DNA of 62,271 nucleotides, filler included, from Platydemus manokwari (Eukaryota): the NCBI GenBank assembly GCA_037951405.1. It is 6 parts of 6 records of this genome, joined end to end, with 100 filler letters (N's around TTAATTAATTAA, not from the genome) between each part and the next. Parts side by side here need not be neighbours in the genome. Positions count along the whole stretch, not along the records: positions 18,852 to 29,854 come from JBBMOY010986638.1; positions 29,955 to 42,257 come from JBBMOY010203339.1; positions 42,358 to 53,332 come from JBBMOY011005525.1; 3 more parts are not named here. One strand, written 5' to 3'. Shown here piece after piece: positions 27,655-42,710 of the stretch. The notes under the pieces are model-generated. The model was not told the origin of the DNA and ran no database searches. It saw only the letters and a list, made by a program, of their open reading frames with translations. A program made the translations under genes and the position numbers. Position 1 is the stretch's first letter. Every line of letters begins with the position of its first letter.

Positions 27655-28225
27655 TTAAGTTACGAAAAGGGGTCCTTTGACCTACTTTCGTAATAATGAA
27701 TTTTCGCGCATGAGATATTTTTATAACTTCTTGTTATATATGTTTGATTTATTCGTATAATTTAGTTAATATCTTACTTTTTAGGATACCGAATAAAGAC
27801 AAAACATAGTTTTAAATCTTCTATATGATTATTTGAATTTTTAAATTTAAATTTTTTAAATTATAAATGGAGTTAGTTAACTACAGACCTACTTAATAAT
27901 ATGATTGCTTATTTTTATAAGATAATTGTAAAAATCGAGAATATCTCTCAATTTGCTTCTAATGTTAAAAAAGGAATCCTCGCTAATTTTTAATAAATTG
28001 CAATTCGACCTACTTTGATCCCTTTTTCAAATAATTAAATTTGAGGATATTTTTAAGCTGTAGTGTATTTTGTGTCTGATTTCAAACAACTAAAATTCTT
28101 ATTAAGCATTTAAATAAAAACATTAAAATGTTTTTAAAGAATATAATTCAATAAACTATATACATTTTTGCAATACACTCAGCAAATTAAAATTTTTATT
28201 TTAGGACTCCATTTCTTAACTTTAG
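27655..28225 (+). mobile_element. ~550-bp non-autonomous TIR element (MITE-like), copy 1
   Basis: Ends GTTACGAAAAGGGGTCCT / AGGACTCCATTTCTTAAC; the body aligns by eye with 40131-40660 and the reverse complement of 58959-59516. Confidence 0.8.
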
Positions 28226-29854
28226 CCAGGTTATTCATACTCCATGCCGATATCTAAATTGATCTCTATAATATTTCTATCGTTAATTATATTTCTATGA
28301 GTTCTCTATATCTAATCGCTAATCATATTGAATTTTGTATACAAAATCTAACTTCTAATCTTTAAGAATCTTGGGAAAATGTTGATTGATTGTTAAGAAA
28401 AAATGAAAATATTGTACATCCTGGAAAATTACATGACTGATATGTAATGTAGCTTTCCAGTGAAGAATAATTAGACTCTTCTGCTAATTAATCCAAACTG
28501 CAGATGTTGTATGGTTTGGTTCATATCATTGATTTTTGGGAATATATTTCACAGCTGTAATTTTTATATATTACCCTAAATATGGTTTAATATTTTGTGC
28601 CAATTTAGATTTAAAAGAGCTTTTGAGATTTTTTTTCGGTCAGATATTTTTTATTTCACATCACTATTCAATGAAGAAATAATTTATTGCTATTGCATTG
28701 ACTTAAAATTAAAGATAAAGCTTTGAACACAAAAATACGTTTGATTTTCTGATTGGAGTTGGAGGCATTTTTTAGTTTATTCTTTTTACTCACTCGATTT
28801 ACTTCAAAATCTGAACAATTGTATAATAGTCAGTGCTAAATTCTTCGCTAAAAACTTATAAATTTGAGAAATGTAAAATATGAAAATCGATAAATCCGTA
28901 AAAATACGTTGGTTGCGTTATTAATGAATGAATTGAATAAATTGTTTATTTGTAGTAATGTTAAATATTTCTTGATTATGTGTGTGTGTGTGTAAAATAA
29001 ATGAATGCATCTATACATCACCTGCATGACATTTATTTGTAATAGTACGTTTTTAATATATGGAATTTCTATTTTGAATTCGAGATTATATTTAATTAGC
29101 GGTTAGGAGCCTTGTAGAAATTACGTGAAATTTGATACCGTCAAGTGATAAATGCCATATTGATTATATTTTGGTTTTGATCAGGTGAATATTTTGATAG
29201 TGGTGTTGGTTTTTTCTTGATCGGCAACCATTTTATTGTTTTATTATTCATTAAAGATTTACATAACACGTAGCCATGTTTCATGAAAACAAATCATTAG
29301 ATGTGTATTTTGAAAGAAACGAGTAGTTTTCTAATTTTAAAATTTTATTTGAAATTTTGTGAATTTCAAATATTCTAAATTCTTGTTTAAATAATATTTA
29401 TTTGCTATTAATGGTGTTTGGGATACAAATAATAATCTCTTCCTATCGAGGTAAATATGGAAAAATAAGCAGAATTTTATTATAAAAATTTAGTTTTTTA
29501 AAGTGATTTGAACTTTTTTGAATGATTTTTGTAAAATTCTTTATTTCTTCCTGAAAGTTGTAAGAATCTAGTAATGCATTCACTGTTAAGCCTTTGACTA
29601 AGAATGTGAGCAAAGTCTTATTGCTTCTTGGTCAATTTTAAATTGTCATGGGATAATGCGCGATTATTTCAAAAGAGACATGTTCTTCACCAAGAAAAGA
29701 AAGGAATATAATTCAACTATCTCTCAATCAATTTTTAAAGAAAGTACACGATACATATCAAATAAGTGTTTTTGATTTATTAGGGTGAACCAAAAGTTCT
29801 TTCCGATTTTTTATTAAAAATTTAAACATAATTTTACAACAAATGGAAAACAAT

Positions 29855-29954
29855 NNNNNNNNNNNNNNNNNNNNNNNNNNNNNNNNNNNNNNNNNNNNTT
29901 AATTAATTAANNNNNNNNNNNNNNNNNNNNNNNNNNNNNNNNNNNNNNNNNNNN
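29855..29954. other. Assembly spacer N44-TTAATTAATTAA-N44
   Basis: Same 100-bp linker. Confidence 0.95.
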
Positions 29955-31819
29955 TATTTGATTCTTACTTGAAACTTGACTGCAATACATTAAGATAAAT
30001 AATAATAATATAATAATAAAGAAATAAAAATAATAATAATTATTATCGTTTTAAAAATAATATTAATAATTAAACTAATTAGATAAATAAAGTAAATAAT
30101 CGAAAAATCAAACATAAAATTCATCGTTTCGTAACTTTGATGAAAACGCAAGGGAAATATACGAAACAAAACTGGAACTAACTGTTGAGAGTGTTTAAAA
30201 ATCATTGAGCTATTTTGAAAATAAATTTGAAAAAACAAACTAACCAGACCTTAAAGATTCAATGGCTTAACAATAAAACTGATGTTTTCTTATATAAAAT
30301 AGTTTTGGTTGAAGCTATTAAAATTGCTCTCATTACAAAACAACATTGCTAATATGATTATAGCATTTCCGTTAAATTTGTTGACAATATCTCTGAGACA
30401 AAGATTGTTTCGTAATGTGCATATCGAACATGTCAAAGATTTGTCGATGGATTTCAACATTTTCATCATAATCATTAACATCGTAGTTGGATATCGATTG
30501 TCGAAGTACCAATTAAAAAAGTGCTATATATAAATGAATCAGTTGGTAAAATCCTAATATGAATTCAAGAATTCATCAAATGAATACCGAACATGCAATT
30601 ACATTCCCCACATAAAACAATTTCTAATGAGCTTGAAAGAATAAAAATAACTTTCTGTTTTTCATTCATCAAAGCCAAAAGATGATTATCAATATTAATA
30701 TCTGACAGTTTTCAAATTTTTTTTAATCGCTTTCTGTTAAATCGATGAATTATATTGATCAGATTGTGTGTCAAGATTAGTCGACATCAGATTGTGTCAT
30801 TGTTGCTAACATTATTATTTATTCTAGTTGCTTAAACTTCTTCGTTTTTAATATTCAAATCAAAAGCCATGCTTTCAACATAATAGTTAATATATTTTGT
30901 CATACATCCATTTTCAAATAAATTTTAAAATTTAAAATTTATTTCCATCTAATTTATCTTCTTTTTAAAAATTTCAATAAAAATTTTTACATTTTTATAT
31001 TACATCTCTTAAAATTTTACTTTAGTTATTTTTAATAATTTTTAAAATTGAGATGTTAACATCAATTTTTAAAACAAGATCATTTTATAAATATCAATAT
31101 GATTTATTTATTTTTAATATAATTTTATAATTTCTTAAAAATATCTTTCAACTCAAATTTTTACAATTTTAATCTGATGTAAATTTTAATTATTCATAAT
31201 ATTTTTAAATAAACTTTCTCACAATTTATATTTACGAAAATAAATTACAAACGAAAATCCCATACCACAATAACAACAACTGAATAAAACAATCGTTGAT
31301 AGAATAATTCGATTTGTTTTATTTTAAGTTTTCATTAGTGTTTCATCAATGAATAATGAAATGAATTATTCTATCTCTTTGCAATTTTTTTCAATGCTCT
31401 CCCGTTATCGATTAAATTTCGGAATGACGATCAAATAAAACGAAACTTTTACATGAGAGCAACTTCAGATGATTACAGCTGAGATAAAATAAATAGCACG
31501 TTCTTCATTTTTTATTTTGGGTTTATATATTTTTTATATATAATATCAACATGATATTAATTTGACTAATATTCTTCAAAATAAAACGTGAATGACATTG
31601 TTAAACATGTTTCATTCTTCTTGCTATTGGAATAATAATAATAAATATTTATTTTAAAATCCCTCAGGCTAATAACATTTCGAGTCAATAACTGACTTAT
31701 TATTGTATTCGAATATTCATTCCAGGCACCATAGATTTTGATATTGATGATTTTACAATATTCTTAATAAATTTATGAGTGGTTATTAAATTCTTTCACG
31801 ACTGATCAAGCCCCTTTAA

Positions 31820-32052
31820 CCCTTTCAATACTGCGGGGATATATAAGTCCCAGATAATGTTCAAAAATTACTGATGCGAAAAATATTCGCATTAAACTAC
31901 TGCAGGGACATTTGTGTCCCAAGGCATTTTTTCAAAAAACCATATTTTCTAAAAATCTGAAATTATATAAATATGTTCCTTTATTTATTTGCAGTACATA
32001 TAGTTCAGTTATACTAAAATATTTTCACTGGCCAAAAGTCGTATTGAAAGGG
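31820..32052. mobile_element. Non-autonomous piggyBac-type element, 233 bp
   Basis: TTAA on both sides (31816-31819 and 32053-32056) and a perfect 12-bp TIR CCCTTTCAATAC / GTATTGAAAGGG. Confidence 0.9.
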
Positions 32053-32214
32053 TTAAAGGCTTTTTCAAAACCAAATAATTAACGGGTTCTAATTTGAAAT
32101 GAAGTGTAAAATATGTGAATGTTGAATCTTAATGAAGATTAAACAAAAAATAGGAACATATGTTCGCTAAGAGTTTAATTACAAAGAATTGACAACATTA
32201 ATAAATAAATAATG

Positions 32215-32420
32215 CATATTGACCAATCCCACTCATGTAAAAACTTAAAAACCCAATAAAAACATAGAAAAACAAATATCAAATCAAAATATGATACAAC
32301 ATGACACAAGAATACATACAGATCGCGAATATAAAAATCGATGCAAAGATGGCCAACTACCAGTTGAGTACCAATTTTTGGTTAAGATTTTATGTATTGT
32401 AATTCGTGTATTGATCAATA
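32215..32420 (+). repeat. Diverged dispersed repeat related to 42550-42710
   Basis: Shared collinear blocks ATTGACCAATCCC, CCAATArAAACAT and CTACCArTTG. Confidence 0.5.
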
Positions 32421-33569
32421 TACAGGGAAATATATTTACCTTCGCATTGGAATCAAGTTTTATTTATTGTTTATAATTACCCAACAATAATGTACAGAAA
32501 CTAATGGAAATCAGTGATCTTTGGAATTTCTAAGAAATAGGTAAACAGTATAAACTGTAATCAGGCAGCTTCATACATAATTTGTATTTAAGTATAAAAC
32601 TACATTATAAAGGTAGTAATTATCAGCTGAAATTTTTAATCAAGATACCACGGAGTAGAAAGTGTATAAAACATTTTCATGTAAACCGTATTATTAGTGA
32701 TAATTTTATTAATAATATTATTAAAAAGTAAAAAATAATTATATGAAACATGGAAATAAAAAAAATTATATTTCATAATAATAAGTCTAGCTGACATCAA
32801 GGTCAACCGGCATCGTAAATAAATTTGTTTAGGTGTTTTTGGCGGATATTGGAGTAATATAGCGGTAATTGCTATTTCCTACAACAAAGGTCGCTTTGTG
32901 GAGATGAGCTCACATAAAAAACCAAGTATCAAATCATTGAATGGAATTAATGATCAGATTTTTTTTAGAATGAATTCCATAATTACAAACGAATATTGAA
33001 TATTTTTATAACTCACCCAAGGCGATTATCGCATAAATCCAATCTAGATAGATAGAAATATTTTTTTTCTGATAAAAATTAATCCCACTTGGAACGCCAT
33101 TCATACTGGCATACTGGCAGTGATAAACGGCTAATTTAATGTATAGTTTTGAATTGATATGAAAAAATTTATGTTTAATCAATAACGCTGACGAAAACAA
33201 ATATCAATAATCAAATGATTAATTAGTTATTATTATTAGTACTATTATTATTATTAAATTTGAAACTATTCGTAAGAAAAGAAATCTATTTCTATATATA
33301 AATGCTATCAGATATTTTGGCTCTTATCGAGAGAAATTATTTTTTTATAAATATTTATTTCATTCAAAACTTTATACAGTGATATTTTATAAACATTAAT
33401 AATGCTTAAAATCCGGACTAAGTTCTAATGCCTGTTCTGGAGGTCTGAGATCAAGAACTCCTTGTGCTTGTCCAATAACACTTAACAACTGATACTGATA
33501 TGAATGTAACGAACTGCTACTATTATTTATTGATTAAAATTTTGTTTGATAATTAAGTGTAATGAGTAA

Positions 33570-33630
33570 AGCTAAAAGGGGTCCTTTGATATATTTTATT
33601 TATAATGACTTTTCTCGCATAACTTCATAA
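33570..33630 (+). mobile_element. Terminal fragment of the ~550-bp TIR family
   Basis: AAAAGGGGTCCTTTGA...ATAATGACTTTTCTCGCAT matches the left end of 27655-28225. Confidence 0.55.
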
Positions 33631-36600
33631 ATAAAATTTGTTTTATAAAAATTTTAGAAACAATTTGTCAGTATTAATTGAATTTCAATGTACATTCATT
33701 ATTCCAGTTACAAATGACTCAGTTTTCTGGATTGATTAAGCATTTTTAGAGCTTAACACCGTCCAGCTGATCAATTTAAATTTTAAGGATAGCTATAAGC
33801 TATAGCGGTATCTATATTCAATTAAATTATAATTACAATACATCAAACTTCATCCTGTAATTATGGCATTTAGGGTTGTCGTTTTGGTTTTGGGTTGAAA
33901 AATAGAAATTATAGTAATATCGACAAATTTTGTATCTTTGAATCTTTGTCTTATTTTTTGTAAATGTTTTTACCATTTTGATTACCTCTTGAAGTCCAAT
34001 TGACGATGCGCTCTGAGTGGTATCAAGGTACTTTAAAGCAAAAATGTTTATAATGTCGAATAAGAGCCAAACAAAATGTCCAATGAAAACAGTTTCCATT
34101 TGCTAGTTACATTGTCATTTATATGATTTTTTTTAATTTTGAAGAAATATTTGTAAGATTTCTGCAAGTACCTGCTTCTGACGACTTTTAACCTGTTAGG
34201 TTATCAATCAACAATTTAGACCTGGAAATTGTGTTAACTAAAACATTACAATCGGAGTCTCAAAAACAACAGCAAATCTTTTCACAATCCACAAAGTAAA
34301 TCACTCAAGTCGAGACTAGTGCCCGAAAGTCAAAAACAGGATGAAAAATAATCAAAAAGACTGATTACAAAAAATCACATATAAGCTAAGCACTCAAGTT
34401 ACTGACCAAAAAAGACTGGCAGATATCCATGGAACTCAACTTCTTTTATAGACTTATCGGACGGTTTCAGATTGATGTCGAGAATTTTCGTTTTCCATTT
34501 GATGAATTTGTTGGTGGATCGATTTACTTGAGATTTTCCTCGCATCTTTCATGTCATTGGTAGGTATTTGAGCTTGCAGCCTTTTTTAGGTATGTACCTG
34601 TCGATTCTCAGCTTCTAAATATGGATTAATATTAGAATGAATCTGATTGGTTAAAGGTACGTCTGTATATCGGGTCTATGTGCATTGACCCTTTTTAGGG
34701 TGCTTTAATTGCTTCTTGTGACTATTTTGATTGACTTGTGATTTACCAAACTATCCTATTTATGTTTTTATTGTCAACTTAATAAACTCCTGACATGTTT
34801 TAATAATTTAATATCAATTATCCGCATTAAATAAATGTAAAAAAATATTATACATCTATTTGTTACTAATTTAAAAATAAAGAATCTTGGATAATCGCCA
34901 TTTGTTAGCAAATTGAACTAATTGGATCTAATTTTCAAATAATGGTTTTTCTAACATTTTAAAAATCAGTTTATTCTATTTTTGATTTCAAACTATTGAA
35001 ATTCTTTCCAAATAATTAGATGGGAAATTTAAATTTTTTATAAATAATATAATGAAATAAAGTTATTTTAATAATTTCGATGTAAAAAATTAATTTAATA
35101 ATTATTGATTTTAAGAAGCAGTTGAAATCAATCCTCCAGGCGCACTTATTTAGGTTTGAAAGTTATTCTAAAATCTTATTTAGAATAGTACTAGTATTTT
35201 GAATTGATATGAACAAGAGTTGTGATTGATTCCATTGACGATATTGTATATTTCATTAAATATATATATCATTGCATTTTATAAGATCTAAGTCATTTGA
35301 TTTTATGAAGTCTTTAGTTCTGGAATGAAACTTAATTCTCAAGTTGAAAAACGATTTTGCGTTATATCCAACTTCTTCCAAGCGTTTGAGATTCACTTGT
35401 ACTAATTTAGTATCGAACATTAACTAAATCTTTGTCAACAATTTCGGAATTTAGACTGATTTTTAGCTCACAAGTTAATTAAATTAAATAAGTTTTATGG
35501 TCCTCTGTAGACTTTTAATAAATCGGTATTAGATTTTTCAGTATAAATTATTGGATATTATTTTTAATAAAATTTATTTTTGTTCGAAGCATAGATTATT
35601 CGAAACTTTTCGTAGTTGAATAGGTATATCTTCTTCCCTTGACATATCAAGGCAGGTTAGAAAACTTTTCCCAATTCCATGTTGACCACGTGTTATGAAA
35701 TTAATTAATTTGGCGACCAATAACTTTCTTTTAAGATTTATTTTTGTCGGTAATATCTTCAACCTACAATTTTAAAACATATACTTTGTCAACCTTCTAC
35801 TTAAGATTACAATTTTTGAAACCATTTTGATTAATAATAACATAATCAACCTCTTAGAAATTATATTTTCTGAGATAGTTCTTTGTGTAGATATTTAACT
35901 AAATCTAATTTCGAATTTGTTGGATCAACGATTCATTTGAGTAATTATTCTAATTAGGTATGAAAAATACGATCACAAGATATACTCACAATCAGTAAAT
36001 TTCCATCTGCCTTACTATAACTATATGATTGATTACCTTTAATAAAGACATGTTCTGGAGGTCACCAAAACTTCCAAAATGTTCGTGGGAACCATGAAAA
36101 TAAGTCTTAAAGGATTGATACACACATATTTAATAAACTTGCAGGTCAGTAGCCATTCAGATTCCCTCTAAAATCAATCTGTATTTAGAAGTTAATAATT
36201 GACTGGCGCACATCAACAAATAGCATCAAACACCAATATTCGCCAATGGTACGAGAGATGTAAGAAAAGTAACTAACATATGAATGTATGATTAAATTCA
36301 ACAAATATTAAACGAAGCTCCGCGACACACACGATAAGTATATAAAAGAGGTTGTATTCATTGTAAAACTGCCATTCTTTTTTTATCGATAACCTTCATT
36401 ATGTACTTTTTCCGATAGCCAGTCTTTTTGGTTATCTTCTATTCCGTATTTGACTTTCGGCTACTGACCCCGTCTCCAGTGACGATTTACTAGTGTGCTA
36501 TAATACAATTTTAATTGTATTTATTGACGTATCGAATTTGTGATTTTTGTAGTTTAAATTATAATTTTCAGATTTCATTGTTAGTTAATGCAAATATACA

Positions 36601-38468
36601 TAACTTTAAAAAATGTCTTTTCTACTTTCATTAAAAATTTTAGGCTAATAGTTGTTATAATTAATAAGCATATTAATATTTCAATGGTCTTTTGTTGGTC
36701 TTTTAATGATATTAATAAACACATATTTTTACCTCTTTTACCTTTTCATGTTTGAATCTTGACTTCAATTTATTCAATTCAGACTCGTATATTGTTTTAC
36801 TTCTGATGCAAAGTAATGCTACTTCAAAATTCCTCACTGCACAATTATTATTTATAAAACTAAGGTGATTTTATTAACCTAAATTATATAAAATCCTCAT
36901 TTCCTCTATTTATATTTCCATTCTATTCTACTAGTTTTCCGTAATTCGGATAGAGGATTCCGCGCATTATTATTTCATTTTGATGGTGCTTATTTCCATT
37001 TTTAATATTCGTCACTTATGGTTCTTATCTTAGAATCGAACGGATATCCTTATCACCTCTCACCGGTGGTTGGTTTTTATTATTTAATATTAATAGACAT
37101 GCTGTCCTTCTACATTCTCCACAAAGCAGACATACTTCTCACACTGCATTGTCTAGTTCTCGGAAAATTGTAGTTACTAATTTCTTATCAACTTACTGAG
37201 TTCTTATCAACCCTTCGAAAAAACTATAATAAATGAATTGACAATACTGTTGGATTTTCTCAGGCGGCTAGTCACAACTCTTCTCATTATAATAAGTATG
37301 ACCACAAAATCATTAATTTCTTCATTATGGCTCCTAACTTATTCATTTTATTTACAATAAGAGTCACTCCATTACCAATGAAGCACTACTAAACTAACAC
37401 CTATTATAAGAGAAAAACAAATCACAAAAGCAAAAATTTCTACTTGACATTTTACTATCTGAGATGATTGGTTGTTGAATTTCTCTAAATAATCTGGTTT
37501 CTCTTGTCGATGAATCAGTTTATTTTCTATCACAATACGTTTTGGGAAAATTTGATAAATACGTTTTGGTCACTTTCTTAAGCCATGAACCATTCAATGT
37601 TTCTTAAGTTATTAGAATTCATTTATTTTAATCGAGAAAAAAATAGTATTCATTAACTGAATAATTTGATAAGTCTTTGCGAAAGAACTCCGAAATTTAT
37701 TTGCAATTGTTTACTTAGACTTTGTATATTCTCCGTTAAAATCCTTTAGAATAATTATAAATCCAGAAATTGATAAATATTTTGAATTCGAAGAAGATCT
37801 GGTCCATATCGATACATATAACTTCGCTATAAAAATAAGTATTCCAATAATCTTTCTTGCAGCTAATAAAAGTGTTTCTTTTTGATAAGCAGCCAAATAT
37901 ACATTGAAATATTCATTTCAAGTAAAACTCACAAAATACCGATTAACAAATTTTCATTATCTCAGAACAAATCAAAGTAATATGATGTCCAACTATGATA
38001 GTTATATTCCACTATTACATGTTCCTGATATATATGAAGTCATTCATATTTTAAAATGGTGTCTTCTACAAGACAATAACTCTTTGAAACTATGGTCTTA
38101 TTATAAATCTATTTTATTGAATTATTGATCTTTTATATTTAGTATTGCATGATGATAATGATTGACATGCCACGTTTTTTAGCATGGTAAGGTTTTCGAT
38201 TGATTAGATTGATTGATTATTATTTACTTATCGTATCATGTGTTCTTAAAGGGATTCAATAATCCCATATGTTAACGAAAACATTGGAAATTTACTGAAA
38301 TCAAAAAGTGAATTAATGTGAGTTCATATTTGTGATTTTACAGTAACTGACTATCACTGTAACAGACAAGTACTGTTGATTGAGGCATAATTTGGAGGAG
38401 AGTATTACGATTAAAAATTTTCTTGTCATTGATATTATGCTGCTCTAACGTGTTGTGATTGAAAAATA

Positions 38469-38693
38469 CTGTAAAATCCTGAGTATAAGCTGCAGCTAAT
38501 ACATACATGACGGCAACATTTTTGAATTGCAGCTAATATGATATGCAGTTATACAACTAAAAAACAATTCAAATCGAAGATACGATTATTTATTTCAATT
38601 TTCAACATCACACTCCTCAAAACCTCAATGCATTTTTATAAGAATGTCATCTGCAGCTAATACGCGCTGCAGCTTATACTCGGGATTTTACAG
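38469..38693. mobile_element. Tc1/mariner (pogo/Tc2-like) MITE, 225 bp
   Basis: TA on both sides; 28-bp TIR CTGTAAAATCCyGAGTATAAGCTGCAGC with one mismatch; internal TGCAGCTAATA repeats. Confidence 0.9.
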
Positions 38694-40130
38694 TATTTAT
38701 TTATTTATTTATTTAACGATAAACGAAATGTTGGACGCTTATTTAACAAAATAGTTTGTTTAAATTGTATAACACATAACGAAAGTGATTTGTTACAATT
38801 ATGAACGATTGAAATGGAAAATGATTTATTTAGAATAACATGATTATAATAACCATCGAGATTATCACCTGGAAAATCAGAATGAATAAATTATTGTTAA
38901 AATATCGTGTGGAAACTTTCGATTTCTTTTGAAACTAATATGTGTTGCTAATATTGGAATTTCAAGTATAATTCTTTTAGAATATAAAATTAGATCAAAT
39001 AATATGTAGTACAAATATATTAATGTATCCCCGTCCTGGGTAGCATTTGAATTATTTAGCATGTTTTCTTTGCATTTCTTTCCCAATCTTTATCTATTAT
39101 TTCAAATAGTTCTTATAATTTCTTTATATTATATTTTATTTTCTTATATATTAGTTAACCTTTTTTATTACATGTTTTTATTATTACTTCTTTGTTACTC
39201 CACATTATACTTATCATTATTATTTATCATTATATTTATCGTTATATATTTTGTTATTTATTTGTTATTATTATTAATATCACCTGACTTATTTATTATT
39301 ATTTTTTTTATTAATAGCTATCTCATAAATCATCTCCATTTAAATCCTTCAGATTGCAAAAGACTCATGTCTATGATTTCTGTTCATAGTATTATAAAAG
39401 TGGCTGATTATCACATCAGAGAGAAAAAACAGAATTTAACAAGTAGTGTGAAAATTTTTATCTTGTTTAGAAGGCTGCACAAGGCAAAATGTTTAAGTGT
39501 CAATTGCAACCGAAAATGATCACTTCGGACATCAAGGGTGTAAGTGAAAGGTTAACAAGATAAATTTTCTACGTTAGTTGTGAGTACGGAATATTTACAA
39601 TTTGGTGATGAGCAAGATATGATCAAAAAGCCGCATTTAAAGCCAATTCCATACAACTTGACGATGCTATCAATATGATTTATTAAGTAATTATATTTAA
39701 CAATAAGAGTGTGATTGATGTCATAAATAGAAAAGAAGTAAATAAAAATGAATGATTAACACGAATAATTGCTTGAAAACCGATTATGAATTTAATGCTA
39801 ACGGTTTTGGTGGAAACAGGAACAAAAGTTTAAAGTATTCGAGTGTTAAGTTTTAATCAAGCTTTTTAAATTTAAATTAATTTAATTTTATAAACGAGAG
39901 ATTTGAAAAACTTTTAAACGGAAATTTCCTGTATATTTAATTATGTATATAATTTAAAATTGATAAAATTATTCTGATCGAAGCAGATATTATTTAAATC
40001 TCTTTGGGAATATTATTTTCATGTCAAGAAAATTTGTTTTAAATATTGGTTTATTAAAAATATATTCTATTGGATTTTTTACGGATAATTTGAATGATAT
40101 TGTTAACGATAACACAAAGGAAAATTGAGT

Positions 40131-40660
40131 TTAGGTTAAGAAAAAGGGTCCTTTGACCTACTTTCGTTATACTGAATTTTCGCACATTTTATAACTTAAT
40201 TTTATATATCACTGTTATGCTATTCGTATAATTCAGTTAAATTCTCATTTTTTAAGACGTCTAACAGTAAAACACCAACTTTTGAAACCAAACCCTACTC
40301 TAATCACAATACTTCTATATGATTATTTGAGATTTTAAATTGTTATAATTATAAATTGAGTTAGTTAATTACAGATATGTTTAATCATTTCATTGCTTAA
40401 TTTTATAAAATAATTGTAAAAATTGAGAATATCTCTCAATTTGCTTCTAATGTTGAAAAAGAAGTCGTCGCTAATTTCCAATAAATTGCATTTCGACCTA
40501 CTTTTTTCGTTTTTTCAAATAATCAAATTTTAGTAGAATTTTATGTTCTAGTCTATTTAATATTTGATTTCAAACAACTAAAATACTTCTTGAATACTTA
40601 AATAAAAAATTCAAAACTCAACAATTTAAAAATTTTATTTTAGGACTCTTTTAATTTTAG
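40131..40660 (+). mobile_element. ~550-bp TIR element, copy 2
   Basis: GTTAAGAAAAAGGGTCCTTTGACCTACTTTCG ... TTTTAGGACTCTTTTAATTTTAGCC; shares GAGAATATCTCTCAATTTGCTTCTAATGTT with copy 1. Confidence 0.8.
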
Positions 40661-42257
40661 CCGAAAATTGCTGTCAGATTTTTAAGTAAAATCTAGGCCA
40701 AACATCAAATTAATTGACGAAATGAAAGAATTTGAATTTTCATTTTGGCGAAAACAATTTCTTTACAAGTAATTTGCGGAATAAACTTGTTATAAAATCC
40801 ATTTCAGAATTAAGAAAAAAGTCGTATTTATGCCTTACAAAAAAGCATAATTTCTTCATTAAAAAGAAATGGGAAATTACTAAGATTAAAAACTAATGAG
40901 ATTACAATTTTAAAAAATAATAAATTCGAATTTATGAATATCGAACATAAATGTTGAGTTTGTAAAACAGATTGATTAAATTGTAATAAATAAATTGGAC
41001 TCAACATCTTCTAATTTATTTACTAATCTAAAAATTATTTCAAAAAGAAAGTTTTCGAAACTGTAACAAATCAGTGCTCCGGATTAATATTCTCGTTCTC
41101 ATATTTCAATACTACTTTCATTTAAGGAATTTTTAAACTTTTTTTTTAATAATTTTTCTCAATAAATATCAATATTATAGTAAATTTTCATTTCATTATT
41201 GATAATACTTGAAACAAATCGATAAATATCAAATATCACCAAACACCGTCAAAATTAGTCAGAAAATTCTAAATTCATTGAATTGATAATCGACAAAATT
41301 TGGTTTGGGAAAAAGAAAATTTACCGAATCAATATTTCTTTGTGATTTGTTGAAAGGAGATTCGAGATATTTTTGCTATTTCAACACAGCAGATTTATAA
41401 ATCAAAAGATACACCCAAATAATTCAAATCAACTCTTGATTTTATAAACATTCGGGAAAATGTTACTTTTCTGGTGTTAATATCAATGAATTGATCAGAT
41501 GTTTCATTTGCTACTATCAACCATCGACATTGAAAGAAAGTAATTTATCTTCATCAACTGTTCGGAATAAATTAGACAGGGCAGATGTTGGAAATTATTT
41601 ATGGTTCGAAATTTGATTGGGAAATTCTGAAGAAATGATTTTCTGTTTTTAATCATTTCGATATTTGTTTGAACCTACTCTTCTTAATCATCTGTCACGG
41701 AAGGCTTTTAAAGTATGGATAATAACTGATCTGATCCATTTAGTGAAATTAAAAGCGAATCACTATCTCATTTGGTTGTTGAGATATTGAATTGGTTATG
41801 GTGGATAATTAAATTTGATAAAGCTTGATAAAAATATAATTGTTGATGCCAACTAACTAGTTGGATCGGGTTACATTATTCCATGTTATAACAATGTCTG
41901 TAAGGAGAGAGAGAGAGAATCAAGGAGTGGTTGACCTAGATTGTTGTGGATGAAGAAATGAAAATATTATGAGTAAGATTCATGAATTAATAATTTCAAT
42001 GCTGGCATATTAATAATAATATTCACTAATGAGACTTAATAATATTATTCGAATATATTCTTTCAAGATATTGGGTCTATAACTTAATAACCGGAATTTG
42101 ACACTAGATGTAAACACTTGTGTGTGTGTGCTGTAGCAAATCATTAACATACACGTCATTTTGAAGCTCTATTCATAAGTTATCAAAATCAGTCAACATT
42201 GTTTGATTTGTTTATACGCATCATATTTGTTTTAATTATGGAACATTTTGAAAATTG

Positions 42258-42357
42258 NNNNNNNNNNNNNNNNNNNNNNNNNNNNNNNNNNNNNNNNNNN
42301 NTTAATTAATTAANNNNNNNNNNNNNNNNNNNNNNNNNNNNNNNNNNNNNNNNNNNN
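42258..42357. other. Assembly spacer N44-TTAATTAATTAA-N44
   Basis: Same 100-bp linker. Confidence 0.95.
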
Positions 42358-42549
42358 ATACTGCGTTTGATAGCTTATATAAACACCTTTCTAAAAAAGT
42401 ATTACCATACGACATTATATGCAAGCAATACTCCGAGCGACATCTTTTATCAAATCGAAATTTTAAGGTTATACACCCAATAATAATTTATTATTGTCTA
42501 TTTATTATTTGTAATTCGAAAAAGGGATATAGCTGCACAATAACATACA

Positions 42550-42710
42550 GGGATTGACCAATCCCGAGTATACAAAATCAATAAATCCAATAGAAACATG
42601 AGAAATAAAACGTGATACAAAAATTATGCAAAAATCTTGAATATAAGTACAGATCTACCAATTGGACGCCTAATTTTGTGTTTTGCTTTTACATTGATTT
42701 TGATAATTAA
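42550..42710 (+). repeat. Diverged dispersed repeat related to 32215-32420
   Basis: Same collinear blocks as 32215-32420. Confidence 0.5.

Noticed and set aside
34200-37400. Possible non-LTR or transposase remnants (QHG-like motif ~35680, Cys-rich patch ~37100-37160)
   Set aside because: Motifs are too short and isolated to assign.
39061-39519. 152-aa hydrophobic ORF
   Set aside because: Low-complexity T-rich sequence giving L/F/I/Y bias; no family motif.
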